A stretch of DNA of 64,000 bases from the NCBI GenBank assembly GCA_963707985.1, contig CAVPRW010000031.1, positions 288,001 through 352,000 of the forward strand, in the 5' to 3' direction. Made by a program: the position numbers and the translations under genes. Under the pieces are notes generated by a model. The model was not told where the DNA came from and made no database searches. It saw only the letters and a program-made list of their open reading frames with translations. Of this stretch, positions 63,905-64,000 are shown one piece after another. Every line of letters starts with the position of its first letter. Positions within the stretch are counted from its first letter, which is position 1. The DNA comes from an uncultured Nitrospinota bacterium. Its GTDB lineage: Bacteria; Tectomicrobia; Entotheonellia; J063; CAVPRW01.

Positions 63905-64000
63905 AGAGGGTGTTTAAAAACTTTCCAACTGGTGCACAAGATGAGTTAATCTTGGGGTATGGAACCCCGAAAACCTTACCCGACCGACGTCAGTGACCAT
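63905..64000 (+). mobile_element. Left end of IS5-family element; transposase starts at 63959 and runs off window
   Basis: AGAGGGTGTTTAAAAA end; MEPRKPYPTDVSDH matches the IS5 YPSDxSD N-terminus. Confidence 0.75.

Noticed and set aside
1..64000. tRNA/rRNA genes and genome-wide stop-codon reassignment
   Set aside because: No RNA genes recognised; TAG and TGA terminate conserved genes at expected positions

Overview
GC-rich bacterial chromosomal window with three parts. (1) 1-17 kb: general-stress/desiccation cluster (AI-2E transporter tail, glgX, treZ, MlaC-like, DUF3618/holin-like/CsbD, DUF3309, GerW, catalase, 4xBON, Hsp20) plus a small RHH/OB-fold module. Two of the stress operons share a 72-bp upstream element. 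(2) 17-38 kb: metH, argC, an MFS transporter, a globin-coupled stressosome (rsbRSTX) wired to two histidine kinases, corA, a dienelactone hydrolase, and a heterodimeric ABC exporter preceded by an M3-like protein lacking HExxH. (3) 38-64 kb: decaying accessory island with many MITE families and heavy-metal genes (Cus/Czc RND, Met-rich proteins, two MerR, merB, P1B-ATPase, ArsR). Best leads, neither called by the ORF track: a UxxC selenocysteine glutaredoxin with a candidate SECIS, placed between a MerR-type promoter and merB with no merA in the window, and a composite of two MITEs carrying a tailspike-like beta-helix gene inserted into brnT. All family calls come from motif recognition by eye, not database searches. 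Some frameshifts may be sequencing errors.
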